A DNA stretch of 57,141 nucleotides from Gammaproteobacteria bacterium (GTDB lineage Bacteria > Pseudomonadota > Gammaproteobacteria > SURF-13), in assembly GCA_038924245.1 (NCBI GenBank), contig JBCKVB010000004.1, positions 1 through 57,141 on the forward strand, written 5' to 3'. Shown one piece after another: positions 37,698-47,014 of this stretch (position 1 is its first letter; each line of letters opens with the position of its first letter). The notes under the pieces are model-generated. The model did no database searches, had not been told where the DNA came from, and was given only the letters and a program-made list of their open reading frames with translations. Position numbers and translations under genes: made by a program.

Positions 37698-38009
37698 TCA
37701 ACAACCATAACAACCGTGAAAAGCGCTCGGCACGGGCGGCACGCCTGACGTGTCTTCCACCGTCACCTGCGCGCGCAGCCGTTCGATGCCCTTTTTACCG
37801 AATCCCTTCACCTTATCCAGCTCATCAACATTCTTGAATTTGCCGTGCTTCCGACGGTGCTCGATGATGGCCTGAGCCATTTTTGGGCCTATACCGTTTA
37901 TTGACTCCAATTGCTTCTGGCTGGCGGTATTGATATTCACCAAGGCATCCGCCTGCGCCAAACCGGTCAATACAAAGCAGGCGAGCAGCACGAATAATGG
38001 TTTTTGCAT
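37698..38009 (-). CDS. ComEA-family helix-hairpin-helix DNA-binding protein
   Basis: Signal peptide, VNINTAS, GIGPKMA, VKGFG. Confidence 0.9.
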   Translation of the reverse strand: MQKPLFVLLACFVLTGLAQADALVNINTASQKQLESINGIGPKMAQAIIEHRRKHGKFKNVDELDKVKGFGKKGIERLRAQVTVEDTSGVPPVPSAFHGCYGC

Positions 38010-38104
38010 GGCCCCTTCCTGAATTTCGTTGGTTATATCCCTGAACACACCGGACAACGTGCAGTGTAAGTCCCTCTTGGCGTACCGTACAAGCCGTTTT
38101 ACTA

Positions 38105-38133
38105 TTGACCAGTATCAGGCGGCAGCCTATGAT
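38105..38133 (+). promoter_or_regulatory. sigma70 promoter of tRNA-Asn
   Basis: TTGACC-N17-TATGAT. Confidence 0.75.
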
Positions 38134-38147
38134 ACGTGGTTTTGCAT

Positions 38148-38223
<76 letters not shown>

Positions 38224-38387
38224 TTTTTTAGTCCAGCAACATCCAGTACCGTCCGAAACCACTTGTTTTTCAAGCCTTTTCTGTACTTCTCGTGGCTCAT
38301 GCCGTCCAGTCTCATCCATTGACATACCGTCACTTTGACGGTATGTTTGACGGTATGTCAACCATGTTAAAAGGGACATACCGTCAA

Positions 38388-39599
38388 ATGGCACTTTCCG
38401 ATGCGGCAGTACGTAACAGCAAGGCGACCGACAAACCGCGCAAGCTGAGTGATGGGCGCGGGCTATATCTGTTGGTCACCAAAGCTGGCAAGTATTGGCG
38501 TTTCGACTATCGCCATGATGGCAGGCGCCGCACGTTGGCCGTTGGCGTGTATCCCGATGTAACGCTGGCACAAGCCCGCGAGCGACGCGATCAGGCGCGC
38601 GCGCTGTTGGCGGACGGCACAGACCCTAGCGCAGTGAAGCAGGCCCGCAAGGCGGCCACAGAGAACAGCTTCGAGGCGGTAGCACGCGAGTGGCACGCCA
38701 AGTTTTCACCGGGCTGGGTTCCACATCACGCCGACAAGATCATCAAACGCTTCGAGCGTGAAGTCTTTCCGTGGATCGGCAACCGGCCCATTGCCGGCAT
38801 CTCCGCCCCTGACCTGTTGGCGGTGCTGCGCCGCATTGAGGCCCGCAACGCACTCGACTCCGCGCACCGTGTGCATCAAAACTGCGGGAAGGTGTTCCGG
38901 TATGCCGTGGCCACCGGTCGCGCCCTACGCGACCCCTCCGGTGATCTGCGCGGTGCGATACCGCCCGCGGTCGAACGCCACCACCCCACCATCACCGAAC
39001 CCAAGCGCGTAGGTGAACTGTTGCGCGCCATTGCCGGGTATAGCGGCTCGTACATCACCCGGTATGCACTGCAACTGGCGCCGCTGGTCTTCGTGCGCCC
39101 CGGTGAACTGCGCAAGGCGGAGTGGTCGGAGTTCGATCTGGATAAGGCCGAGTGGCGCATACCGGCGCACAAGATGAAAATGAAGGCCGTTCACATCGTG
39201 CCACTGTCCATACAAGCCCTGGCCATCCTGGCCGAACTGCACGCGCTGACCGGCGACGGCAAATATGTTTTCCCAGGAGCACGTACCGATGACCGCCACA
39301 TGAGCGAGAACACCGTCAACGCGGGACTTCGTCGGCTTGGCTACGCGGTGGGCGACATGACCGGCCACGGCTTCCGCAGCATGGCGTCCACCCTGCTCAA
39401 CGAACAAGGCTGGAACCGAGACGCCATCGAACGGCAACTCGCACACGCGGAACGCGACGACATTCGCGCCGCCTACAACTACGCCGAACACCTACCGGAA
39501 CGCCGCAAGATGATGCAGGCGTGGGCGGACTATCTGGATAAGCTCAAGACTGGGGCGGTCGTGATACCGCTGCACAAAAAGGATAGCCTACAGAAGTAA
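38388..39599 (+). CDS. P4-like tyrosine integrase
   Basis: Arm domain (KLSDGRGLYL, GVYPDVTLAQAR), RPGELR, HGFR...H...Y. Confidence 0.96.
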   Translation: MALSDAAVRNSKATDKPRKLSDGRGLYLLVTKAGKYWRFDYRHDGRRRTLAVGVYPDVTLAQARERRDQARALLADGTDPSAVKQARKAATENSFEAVAREWHAKFSPGWVPHHADKIIKRFEREVFPWIGNRPIAGISAPDLLAVLRRIEARNALDSAHRVHQNCGKVFRYAVATGRALRDPSGDLRGAIPPAVERHHPTITEPKRVGELLRAIAGYSGSYITRYALQLAPLVFVRPGELRKAEWSEFDLDKAEWRIPAHKMKMKAVHIVPLSIQALAILAELHALTGDGKYVFPGARTDDRHMSENTVNAGLRRLGYAVGDMTGHGFRSMASTLLNEQGWNRDAIERQLAHAERDDIRAAYNYAEHLPERRKMMQAWADYLDKLKTGAVVIPLHKKDSLQK

Positions 39600-39704
39600 C
39601 TACAGGACTTTCTGGGGCAGCTTGCCGCCTCCCCTTCGGCGAAGACGTTGCGGATGTGCTGGGCATAGCTGGCGTCATAGATGTCTCGCCCGGTGTACTT
39701 GCTC

Positions 39705-39806
39705 GACGACTATGCAGATGAAAAGCGCGAGGCGTGGAACAAGCTAGGCGATAGACTGGAAGCGATTCTTGGCGCATCCAATGTTGTCAGCTTGAAAAGT
39801 GCTTAA
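39705..39806 (+). pseudogene. C-terminal tail of a second integrase
   Basis: DDYADEKREAWNKLGDRLEAIL...NVVSL resembles an integrase end. Confidence 0.5.
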
Positions 39807-39877
39807 CCGCACCGCACACCTCGCCGAACGCCGCCTTAATTGCCTTGGGATTCTTCAGGGTAAAGCGGCCGCACATC

Positions 39878-40510
39878 TCAATTCACCTTTGGCAGGTCTT
39901 CCCAGCGGGTCGTGTATGCCGGGGACATGTGATCGCGCTTCATCTGCCACGACTTCTTCGCCCCCTCGACGGCCAGCCTGAGCGTGCCGCGACCCCACCT
40001 GGCATTGGCCCGGTCCATTACCTGCATGAGAGCAGGCCGGCCCGGGCTGGTTGTGCCGAACAACACGCCCTGTGTTTGGCCGGCGGAGTGCAAGTCCATC
40101 AGCATCACCCCAGCCTTCTGGTAGGCAAAGCCTGGCCGGTAGATGCGCTTCAGCCCCCATAGTGCTGCACGAGTCAGTCTCACCGTGTCGCTGGTGGCCT
40201 GGGTGAGCGGCACGGTGATCGCCTGCTGATACTGAGGATGGTTTTCGTTGAAGGGATTGGTGCGGATGAACACCTGGACAGCTTCGGCCACCGATCCCTG
40301 GCGACGCAGCTTTTCGGCGGCGCGGGCCAGGTAGGTAGATACCGCCTCATCCAGTTCGGGCAGGGTGTGGATGCAGGCGCCAAAGGAACGAGAGGACATG
40401 ATCTGCTTTTTAGCAGGTGCCAGCTCTTCCAACTCAAGGCAGGAGAACCCGCGCAGTTCCAGCACTGTGCGTTCGAGCACTACCGAGAACTCGCGGCGAA
40501 GCGGACAGCG
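39878..40510 (-). pseudogene. umuC: 5'-truncated UmuC (Pol V) C-terminal half
   Basis: FSVVLERTVLELRG, KKQIMSSRSFG, YQKAGVML, WQMKRDHMSPAYTTRW; the catalytic N-terminus is absent. Confidence 0.88.
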
Positions 40511-40520
40511 CGCTTTTTGC

Positions 40521-40549
40521 GCTGCGCATAATCCGGCGTTATGTTCCAT
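40521..40549 (+). other. dif-like Xer/tyrosine-recombinase site
   Basis: GCTGCGCATAA-TCCGGCG-TTATGTTCCAT vs E. coli dif GGTGCGCATAA-N6-TTATGTTAAAT. Confidence 0.55.
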
Positions 40550-41086
40550 TGCCGAATACCGAACATGGTTGGGCAGGTAGCACCGAACGGCGAACGAAGT
40601 CTGGAACATACGCGGGCGGGAAAGCGTAGCGCCGTGCGGGGACGCGGCAGGCTGAGCGAAGCTGAGCCTACCGCTGGACTCGCGCAAGCGGCAACGAAGG
40701 GGGCCATGCTTGCCGAAGCTGCTGAGGGCATTGCGGAGGTGGCGAAGGCCGTCACTTTGCCGTAGCCGCCGGAGCATTGCCCGGTGCGTCAGATTGGCAC
40801 TGCACTAGCCCGGCGCGATGTTTGCGCATTTGCTTTATGCAAGCAGCGTGACGGGGGGTAAGATGGGCTGTTACTAGTGGAATAGTGAGGAGGGGGGTGT
40901 TCTTGGTATTTTTTATTGGATCCGTAAGTTCTGAACTCATACACCTTTTGAAAATTCTCGCAATTCCTAAGTTCATAATTATTTTTTTCCAAAAAAAATA
41001 TTAGAAATTTCCCTATTCCGCGATTGAATTACTATGGAGCTCAGACTCCATTGATTTTGAGGGGCGACCGGGGGTCAAGATCAATT

Positions 41087-41983
41087 CTAATTGCAATTGA
41101 GCGCTTTGCGCCAACCTGCGGTTTGAGCATCCGTCTCCGAACAGAACCAGCGCTCGCCATGGCCTCTATCAATCTTTGTCTTCTCGTACCAACCGCACCC
41201 CGGAAGATGATATATTTTCTCGCCTGACGAACTAATATTGCCCTTGATCAAACAGCCGGCAAACCCCTGCTCGGCGGGTTTGGTCGGGGAGGGCATGGCG
41301 GACTGAGGTGTGGGAAGCGCACTTGGGGCGGCTACCGGGCGAAACCTTTCACTCTGCCAGACGATTAACATTACGAGCCCGAATATAAGTGCGGTAAATG
41401 ATGCGACGGTGTACTTCATGACGGATGTGTCCTTGATGAGATGCTCAATGGTTTCCTTAAATGATGCGACGGTGTACTTTATGGCGGCATTGTCCTTGAT
41501 GAGCTGCCCAATGGCTTCCACTTGTGCTTTAGTCAGTGCGTCCAGTCGTTTTTTTTCTTCGGCGCTCAGTTCCTTGTTCGATCGGTTGCTCCTTGATCGC
41601 TTGAGCAGCAGACTGATGTGCTCAGCACAGTGTTGAGGGTTGTCTCTGACATCAGTGTTGGCAAAGCGCAATACATACCAGCCTTGCGAGGTCAGTGCAG
41701 ACTGTCGGCGCTGCCAGTCAATAAATTCACTATGGGACATTCCCATGCCCGTGCCGCGTTTGTCATAGCCGTCAATTTCTATCGCGATGCGAACATCGTC
41801 ATTTTCCAGGATAACAAAATCACAATATCGCTGTTTTTTATCCATATCCTGAAACGGATATTGAACTGCAATCGAGTCCAAGCTGAGCGCTGCAACAAGC
41901 GGCAACACATTTTCTGCAAACAAGATTTCATAATCACTGCCAAATTTTGGCCTGTTTGTCTCCAACCATTCATTAAGGTTCAT
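41087..41983 (-). CDS. DUF559-like endonuclease + TM + C-terminal CxIKGN nuclease-associated domain
   Basis: DFVI...AIEIDG...GWYVLRF; TM ALIFGLVMLIVW; CLIKGNISSSGEKIYHLPGC...ERWFCSE. Confidence 0.7.
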   Translation of the reverse strand: MNLNEWLETNRPKFGSDYEILFAENVLPLVAALSLDSIAVQYPFQDMDKKQRYCDFVILENDDVRIAIEIDGYDKRGTGMGMSHSEFIDWQRRQSALTSQGWYVLRFANTDVRDNPQHCAEHISLLLKRSRSNRSNKELSAEEKKRLDALTKAQVEAIGQLIKDNAAIKYTVASFKETIEHLIKDTSVMKYTVASFTALIFGLVMLIVWQSERFRPVAAPSALPTPQSAMPSPTKPAEQGFAGCLIKGNISSSGEKIYHLPGCGWYEKTKIDRGHGERWFCSETDAQTAGWRKALNCN

Positions 41984-42037
41984 TCAAGTTAATCCATCGG
42001 AAATATAAATTTGAATCACTTTAATCTGCTTTCTATG

Positions 42038-42403
42038 TCACTCATTCATTAAACGCAGAAACTGAGGATTTTTGATTATTATCTGTAGACTGCTTTTATA
42101 TTGAGTAATTTTCCCACGTGCGCATGCACGTCTATTTTCAAATACTTTAAGACTGCCAAATCTATCTAAAAAATCACTTTCTTGATCATTCCAAATGGTC
42201 ACGCTGATGTGCTGCTTCGGATATTTAGCACCGAAATTTAAATATGTTCCATTTTTGAAATCAGTAACTTCTTTTATTGAACCACAAACCATTACTGTTT
42301 CTCCCACATGAAAAGCAGCTTTGCTAGAGTCAATCGTGGATTCCGCAGAAATTGCCAAGCATGAAGCCCCCACCAATAAGAAGAAGAATGCTATTTTTCT
42401 CAT
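42038..42403 (-). CDS. Secreted small OB-fold-like protein
   Basis: Signal peptide MRKIAFFFLLVGA; HVGETVMVCG, YLNFGAKYP pattern. Confidence 0.6.
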   Translation of the reverse strand: MRKIAFFFLLVGASCLAISAESTIDSSKAAFHVGETVMVCGSIKEVTDFKNGTYLNFGAKYPKQHISVTIWNDQESDFLDRFGSLKVFENRRACARGKITQYKSSLQIIIKNPQFLRLMNE

Positions 42404-42404
42404 T

Positions 42405-43403
42405 TTAAACCTCGCGGATTGAAATTCGAAGTGCAAAAACCCATGTCGGTTTGGTGTAACGCACCGACTTCGTAAAGAATACCTCAAACGGCGTTCTGAA
42501 CCCCGGCACTTTTCTGGGGCGATGGTTCAGGCGGCGCACTGCTCGCGGCACCTGTTTCTCTGTCATGTCAGTCAACTCCATACTCTTGTGGATATACTGC
42601 ACCATGACCTTTGGGAGTAAAAACGTGCCGCCACCAAGGTAGCGCATATCCGGTAGAAAATCTATCCCTGTCCGTTGCACCAATTCCTTGTAGCCAATTG
42701 GCTTCCCTGCTCTGGCCTCATCTGTGTTGTCTAGCCAGTGCGCCCATGCACGGCGGCTAGAAGGGTCATAGACCAGCTTAAACAAGTGCTGTGGCACCCA
42801 GACCTTGCCAGCGCCGATTGTCGCTGGATTGGCAGCATACACCGGGCCGGTTATCACATACACATCACCCGCAGCACGCATTACATATTTGCGCGTGTCA
42901 TTCTCGATCTTTGCCCATGTCTTGCGGTTATTGATTGGAGCCTGTGGAACAATGTTGGCTAATGAGAAACTCTGTGCCATTGCCTCGTCAGTTCCCATGT
43001 CAGCAGCGGGCGCCATGTGTCCTCGGTCAAAGCCAGAACCCTTGTAATCATCAAGCGTTGCACGTTCTGCCCTGGGTAATCGTGCCTCTTCGTAGAAGTG
43101 GTCACCACGATCAATATCCTTTTCGATAATCGCTCTATTCAATCGTTCAGAGACGTAGATGGGGGTGCGACTTTTACCTGAGTGAAGTATTGCAAACGCC
43201 TCGAAGCATAGCGCCCTTGGCTGCATGTCTTGTTGGCGTTGAATTACCGGGGGCTTGCCATTCGCAAAGTGCTGTCGGCATTGGGCGAAATCATTCCCTT
43301 CCGCGTAGGCCATGTCGGCCACCGGAAGAAAAACAATAAATGCCAATACAACGATGGCAGCTTTGTTCAGGATTCTGCTAAGATCACATACCTTCATCAG
43401 CAA
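42405..43403 (-). CDS. DNA/RNA non-specific endonuclease (NucA/EndA family) with IS30-derived tail
   Basis: Signal peptide, DRGHMAPAAD, SFSLANIVPQ, NRKTW. Confidence 0.9.
   Translation of the reverse strand: MLMKVCDLSRILNKAAIVVLAFIVFLPVADMAYAEGNDFAQCRQHFANGKPPVIQRQQDMQPRALCFEAFAILHSGKSRTPIYVSERLNRAIIEKDIDRGDHFYEEARLPRAERATLDDYKGSGFDRGHMAPAADMGTDEAMAQSFSLANIVPQAPINNRKTWAKIENDTRKYVMRAAGDVYVITGPVYAANPATIGAGKVWVPQHLFKLVYDPSSRRAWAHWLDNTDEARAGKPIGYKELVQRTGIDFLPDMRYLGGGTFLLPKVMVQYIHKSMELTDMTEKQVPRAVRRLNHRPRKVPGFRTPFEVFFTKSVRYTKPTWVFALRISIREV
42417..42610 (-). mobile_element. IS30-family transposase 3' remnant
   Basis: QYIHKSMELTDMTEKQV...LNHRPRKVPGFRTPFEVF...FALRI. Confidence 0.75.
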
Positions 43404-43411
43404 AGACTACC

Positions 43412-43690
43412 ATGACAGACCTTTCGGCTTTTGCACAATACAACAAGCTTGCCGATATGCTCATCGCTCAAGCATCCAAAGACCAGATTGCAGAGTGTGC
43501 AAGGCTGCTTGCCCTCAATGTTGCCCACTACCAAATGAAGTATGGCGATTTGCCGTTAGAGGAGACACTCGCCATGGTTGACGCCGACGAGCCAAATGAC
43601 AACCAAGCTGTGTTGCTTGCTCACGGCATGGAGAACTTGGTTGGCGTGCTTGGCGCGGTATGCAGTGGGCTGGGAGAGGCGAAGCATTAG
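43412..43690 (+). CDS. Hypothetical protein (92 aa, helical)
   Basis: Clean ORF with plausible codon usage; no family recognised. Confidence 0.6.
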   Translation: MTDLSAFAQYNKLADMLIAQASKDQIAECARLLALNVAHYQMKYGDLPLEETLAMVDADEPNDNQAVLLAHGMENLVGVLGAVCSGLGEAKH

Positions 43691-43938
43691 ATAATCAAAG
43701 GCGCAGAATGTCCCGAATCTGTTGCCTATGCCATTTCATAATCAAACCGCAGCAAATTCCAAAAAAGATATTTTCTATGAGGCCACTCCAGAACTCGGGG
43801 ATCGGGCTCGTCCAACAACCAGTTTAGATCGTGGCTTCGCACGATCTAAACTTATTCGCTGGGCGGATTACTTCCCTTTATTTGTGATCCAGATTCAAGA
43901 TGAAAATAGGCTTCCACTTGCCACCGAAAAAGCTTCGG

Positions 43939-46047
43939 TTACACCTTTCTGAACCCTTCATCCTCGCAAGCCTGCTTTATTTCCAGAAGCTTCCGCCAGT
44001 CTTTTTCCGTGTTTATTTTCATGAAACCGGAGAGGGTGCTGGCCCTGATTAGCAAATTGCGTTCTGGCGATGATATATAGTTTGAAGCTTTTGGCCACCT
44101 GAGTAATGCCTCAAAATATCCGCTAGTCGAAAGTTGTAGAATGGTTTTCTGAAGGGCGATTCCATCATCCAGCCCCCCCTGCTTCCGCCCATCTGACTTC
44201 ACTCTCCTGAAATCGTCCTTGCTTACCATCCACTGATCGAGCTTCTTGGATAATGTAATTGGGATCTGCTTAATTTTGTCCCAGCAGGGCTCTTTCTTCG
44301 ACCACTCTCCTACATTCGTCATGCCCGCAGGCGGGTTGAGAATGACATTCTGCACGGCAATTGCAAGATCCCTCATACAGTCTTCTATTGCACTTTCAAC
44401 ATCCTGTTTCATCCATATCTGATCGAGGTCGAATTCCATTTCTTTCAAGCGGAAAGAGTGGAAGAGCAACGACAGGGAATACGTAACAATCTGAGGTCTG
44501 TAATCCCCTCCGTACCAAGTTCCTCGTCCAGCAGATACGATTCTCTCCGTCCGTTTCCACAAAATAGCCACCGCAACGATCTGCTGGTAGTAGGCATCTC
44601 CGTAATTTGGGCTAATCGAGTTCCAGTATTCGCTTTCAGTCACCTCCGGTTTAGCGCTGGAAAACTGCGCCGCAAACTTGGCGAAGTTCTTTTGGGCAGC
44701 GAGACTCACCCAATGAGGTTTTTCGCGCCAAGTACTATCATATTTTGCAAGTTCGGTTTTGTTGATGACCTGATCACTCGGGTACTCCAGATCAAAGGCG
44801 TTTTTCTTCGATTCCGTAAGGTACAAGCGCTCGTTCTGAAACTGGCCACGAGCGCGCTCGTAAAACCATTTGCTCTGAATTCTTGTTCCAGCTCGTGCTG
44901 GCACCTGAAGGCGCCGTGAAATCTCCTCGATCTTTCGATGGAACTGGTGGTTCGCAAAGAAATCAGCCGCTGCGATCTTGTTCTGCGTATTTGCAAACTG
45001 GGCAATCCTAGGTATCAGATCATGAGCATCATCACGACTTACCTCCGTCAGCTTCACCTGAACGGATACTCCTTCCAGCGACAGACGATCCTTCTTGCGG
45101 GCATTGAGAATACTTGCGGTCGTCTGGCCCCCATTGACGATCTGTAGATCAACCAGGTCGGTGATAAGATTCCTGCCATCAACAATCTCGACGGTCACGC
45201 TTGAAGCTGTTGCAGCAATCCCGTTGTTGTAGGCAAAAAAAAGTGACGGAGCATCCTGTATGGTTGTACGAATACCCTTGTTAATTCCCCCCCTCATCCC
45301 AAGAAAGGAACGGACGTTACCCTCAAGCAGTCTGCTACCATAACGCTCGAAAAGATCTGCAAGCAATGCCCCCTCAATAACACACAGGAAGGATCTCAGC
45401 TTGTCCGTCCGAGCAGCTTCTATGCACGGAATACCATCTGAACCGAAGTCCGACAGCCTGATTTCTACAGTCTCGCGTTCACGGGAAGACTCATACATGG
45501 CCTTCAACCGCTGTAAATCCCAGACATGCCTCTCGATTGGAATTCCGGCGATATTTCCGCACAATTCCTCCTTGAATTTCTGACTCAGGAGCTGGTTCGA
45601 AAAGATGTGCATGCGGATACGGGACACCTTGGTGCCGAGTTCACGCAAAAGGCTCGCCAGTTCGTAGGCAGGATTCGCCTCGGTGATTCGTTCATTCAGC
45701 CCCCCCTCGACGGACTCAACAATAAAATTTTCCAGCCACCCGGAAAGTTGATTTACCGTTGCCGTTGTCAGAGTTTCCGGATCCTCCGTATCAGTCCATT
45801 TCCCAATGACCAGACCTATCGTCCCGTCAGATTCATCCAGTTCAGTGAACCCATGAATCCTAAGCTGCCTGCTTCTGGCGCCCGTTCCAGAATATTCCAC
45901 TTGAACAAATTCTCCGAACACGGGATCCTCTTCGAGACGCTCGGCAACCTCAGCCACAAAGGCCATTGTATCGACGAGATTCATCGAGGCAGCTCGCCTG
46001 ATGACGATTTGCCTAAGTTCTTCCATGAATGCCTTGTCATCCATCAT
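43939..46047 (-). CDS. AIPR family protein (MzaD-like)
   Basis: LLEGNVRSFLG, FFAYNNGI, QIVNGGQTTAS, ANTQN. Confidence 0.92.
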   Translation of the reverse strand: MMDDKAFMEELRQIVIRRAASMNLVDTMAFVAEVAERLEEDPVFGEFVQVEYSGTGARSRQLRIHGFTELDESDGTIGLVIGKWTDTEDPETLTTATVNQLSGWLENFIVESVEGGLNERITEANPAYELASLLRELGTKVSRIRMHIFSNQLLSQKFKEELCGNIAGIPIERHVWDLQRLKAMYESSRERETVEIRLSDFGSDGIPCIEAARTDKLRSFLCVIEGALLADLFERYGSRLLEGNVRSFLGMRGGINKGIRTTIQDAPSLFFAYNNGIAATASSVTVEIVDGRNLITDLVDLQIVNGGQTTASILNARKKDRLSLEGVSVQVKLTEVSRDDAHDLIPRIAQFANTQNKIAAADFFANHQFHRKIEEISRRLQVPARAGTRIQSKWFYERARGQFQNERLYLTESKKNAFDLEYPSDQVINKTELAKYDSTWREKPHWVSLAAQKNFAKFAAQFSSAKPEVTESEYWNSISPNYGDAYYQQIVAVAILWKRTERIVSAGRGTWYGGDYRPQIVTYSLSLLFHSFRLKEMEFDLDQIWMKQDVESAIEDCMRDLAIAVQNVILNPPAGMTNVGEWSKKEPCWDKIKQIPITLSKKLDQWMVSKDDFRRVKSDGRKQGGLDDGIALQKTILQLSTSGYFEALLRWPKASNYISSPERNLLIRASTLSGFMKINTEKDWRKLLEIKQACEDEGFRKV

Positions 46048-46048
46048 A

Positions 46049-47014
46049 TCAGTCTGTTAATTCCTTGTGTCCTTCAATGGATTCCAGCGAAATTGCATAA
46101 TTTGCACTGACTATCCCCTGAGAGACTGTGTCGGCCGAAATCTTCGGGAAAGCCTCGTCTACACTATAGGAATACTGTGCAACTGCTTCAAAGAGTATCG
46201 TGTCATAGAATTCGTGTTCGACATAGAATGCTTCAAGCAGACGATCATTAAACACCCTTAACGCCTCCGGGTTGGAAGCAATTGCCCCCTCGATTCTCGC
46301 CACTAGCGAATTTATGGTGACAGCCACCGCTTCTTCGGGTGTCGCCTCCCTGAGCACCATGACGACGAGACTCATCGGTACCGCACAATCAAGTTGTCCC
46401 AATGAAGAGATCGTTACGCAGTCCGCTCCAAGCCTTATGGCCTTCACTTCGATTGCGCTGTCTGAAAACAGGAAATCCTGATCAGCACCCAAGGGTCCTA
46501 CCCAGCCGACAACCGTTTCAAGGTAATCTCTCTTCCCGGATCCGATCAACGACTCCAGAACAAGTAGCTCTGCAATCAGTCCCTTGATCTGGTGAACCTG
46601 CAAAAGTCCGTTTCCTCCATCCTGAAAAAGCCTTTTCCACAGATTCAGCCGTTCCTTGAACAGAGCGATCAATGCCTCCTCTCCTGCAACATTACTTGAG
46701 GCATCAACCAGATCTTGGCAAAGGCGGCCGAATACAGCTTCAAGCCCTCTCTGCCTCAGTCTCAATACCATCAGCCATGACCCGTCTTGTCGCTGCTGTC
46801 TGAAATAGTCCAGCGAAGATGACTCCATGGCAATGTTCGGAGGCCTAACGTGAATGCCGATCGCAAGGAGCACGAAAGGTGAGGCATCAACACCTGCATA
46901 GATGTCGAAACGAGTCTCCGGATCTATCCTGGTCAGACGAAATCCATTTTCCTCTATCGGACGACTCCCAATCTGACGAAGTGATTCAGCCCAAAGCACC
47001 TCAATCTTCGTCAT
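46049..47014 (-). CDS. DUF4420 PD-(D/E)XK protein (MzaC-like)
   Basis: KGLIAEL, WVGPLGADQDF, AIEVKA. Confidence 0.88.
   Translation of the reverse strand: MTKIEVLWAESLRQIGSRPIEENGFRLTRIDPETRFDIYAGVDASPFVLLAIGIHVRPPNIAMESSSLDYFRQQRQDGSWLMVLRLRQRGLEAVFGRLCQDLVDASSNVAGEEALIALFKERLNLWKRLFQDGGNGLLQVHQIKGLIAELLVLESLIGSGKRDYLETVVGWVGPLGADQDFLFSDSAIEVKAIRLGADCVTISSLGQLDCAVPMSLVVMVLREATPEEAVAVTINSLVARIEGAIASNPEALRVFNDRLLEAFYVEHEFYDTILFEAVAQYSYSVDEAFPKISADTVSQGIVSANYAISLESIEGHKELTD

Noticed and set aside
38292-38387. N-terminal extension of the integrase
   Set aside because: Runs through the arm-site repeats; family start MALSD is at 38388
39600-39700. Possible RhuM-like fragment on the minus strand (QHIRNVFAEGE)
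   Set aside because: Match too short to support without a search
39878-40777. Full 299-aa ORF as a real gene
   Set aside because: The first ~90 aa cross non-coding hairpin DNA and the dif-like site; only the 3' part is UmuC
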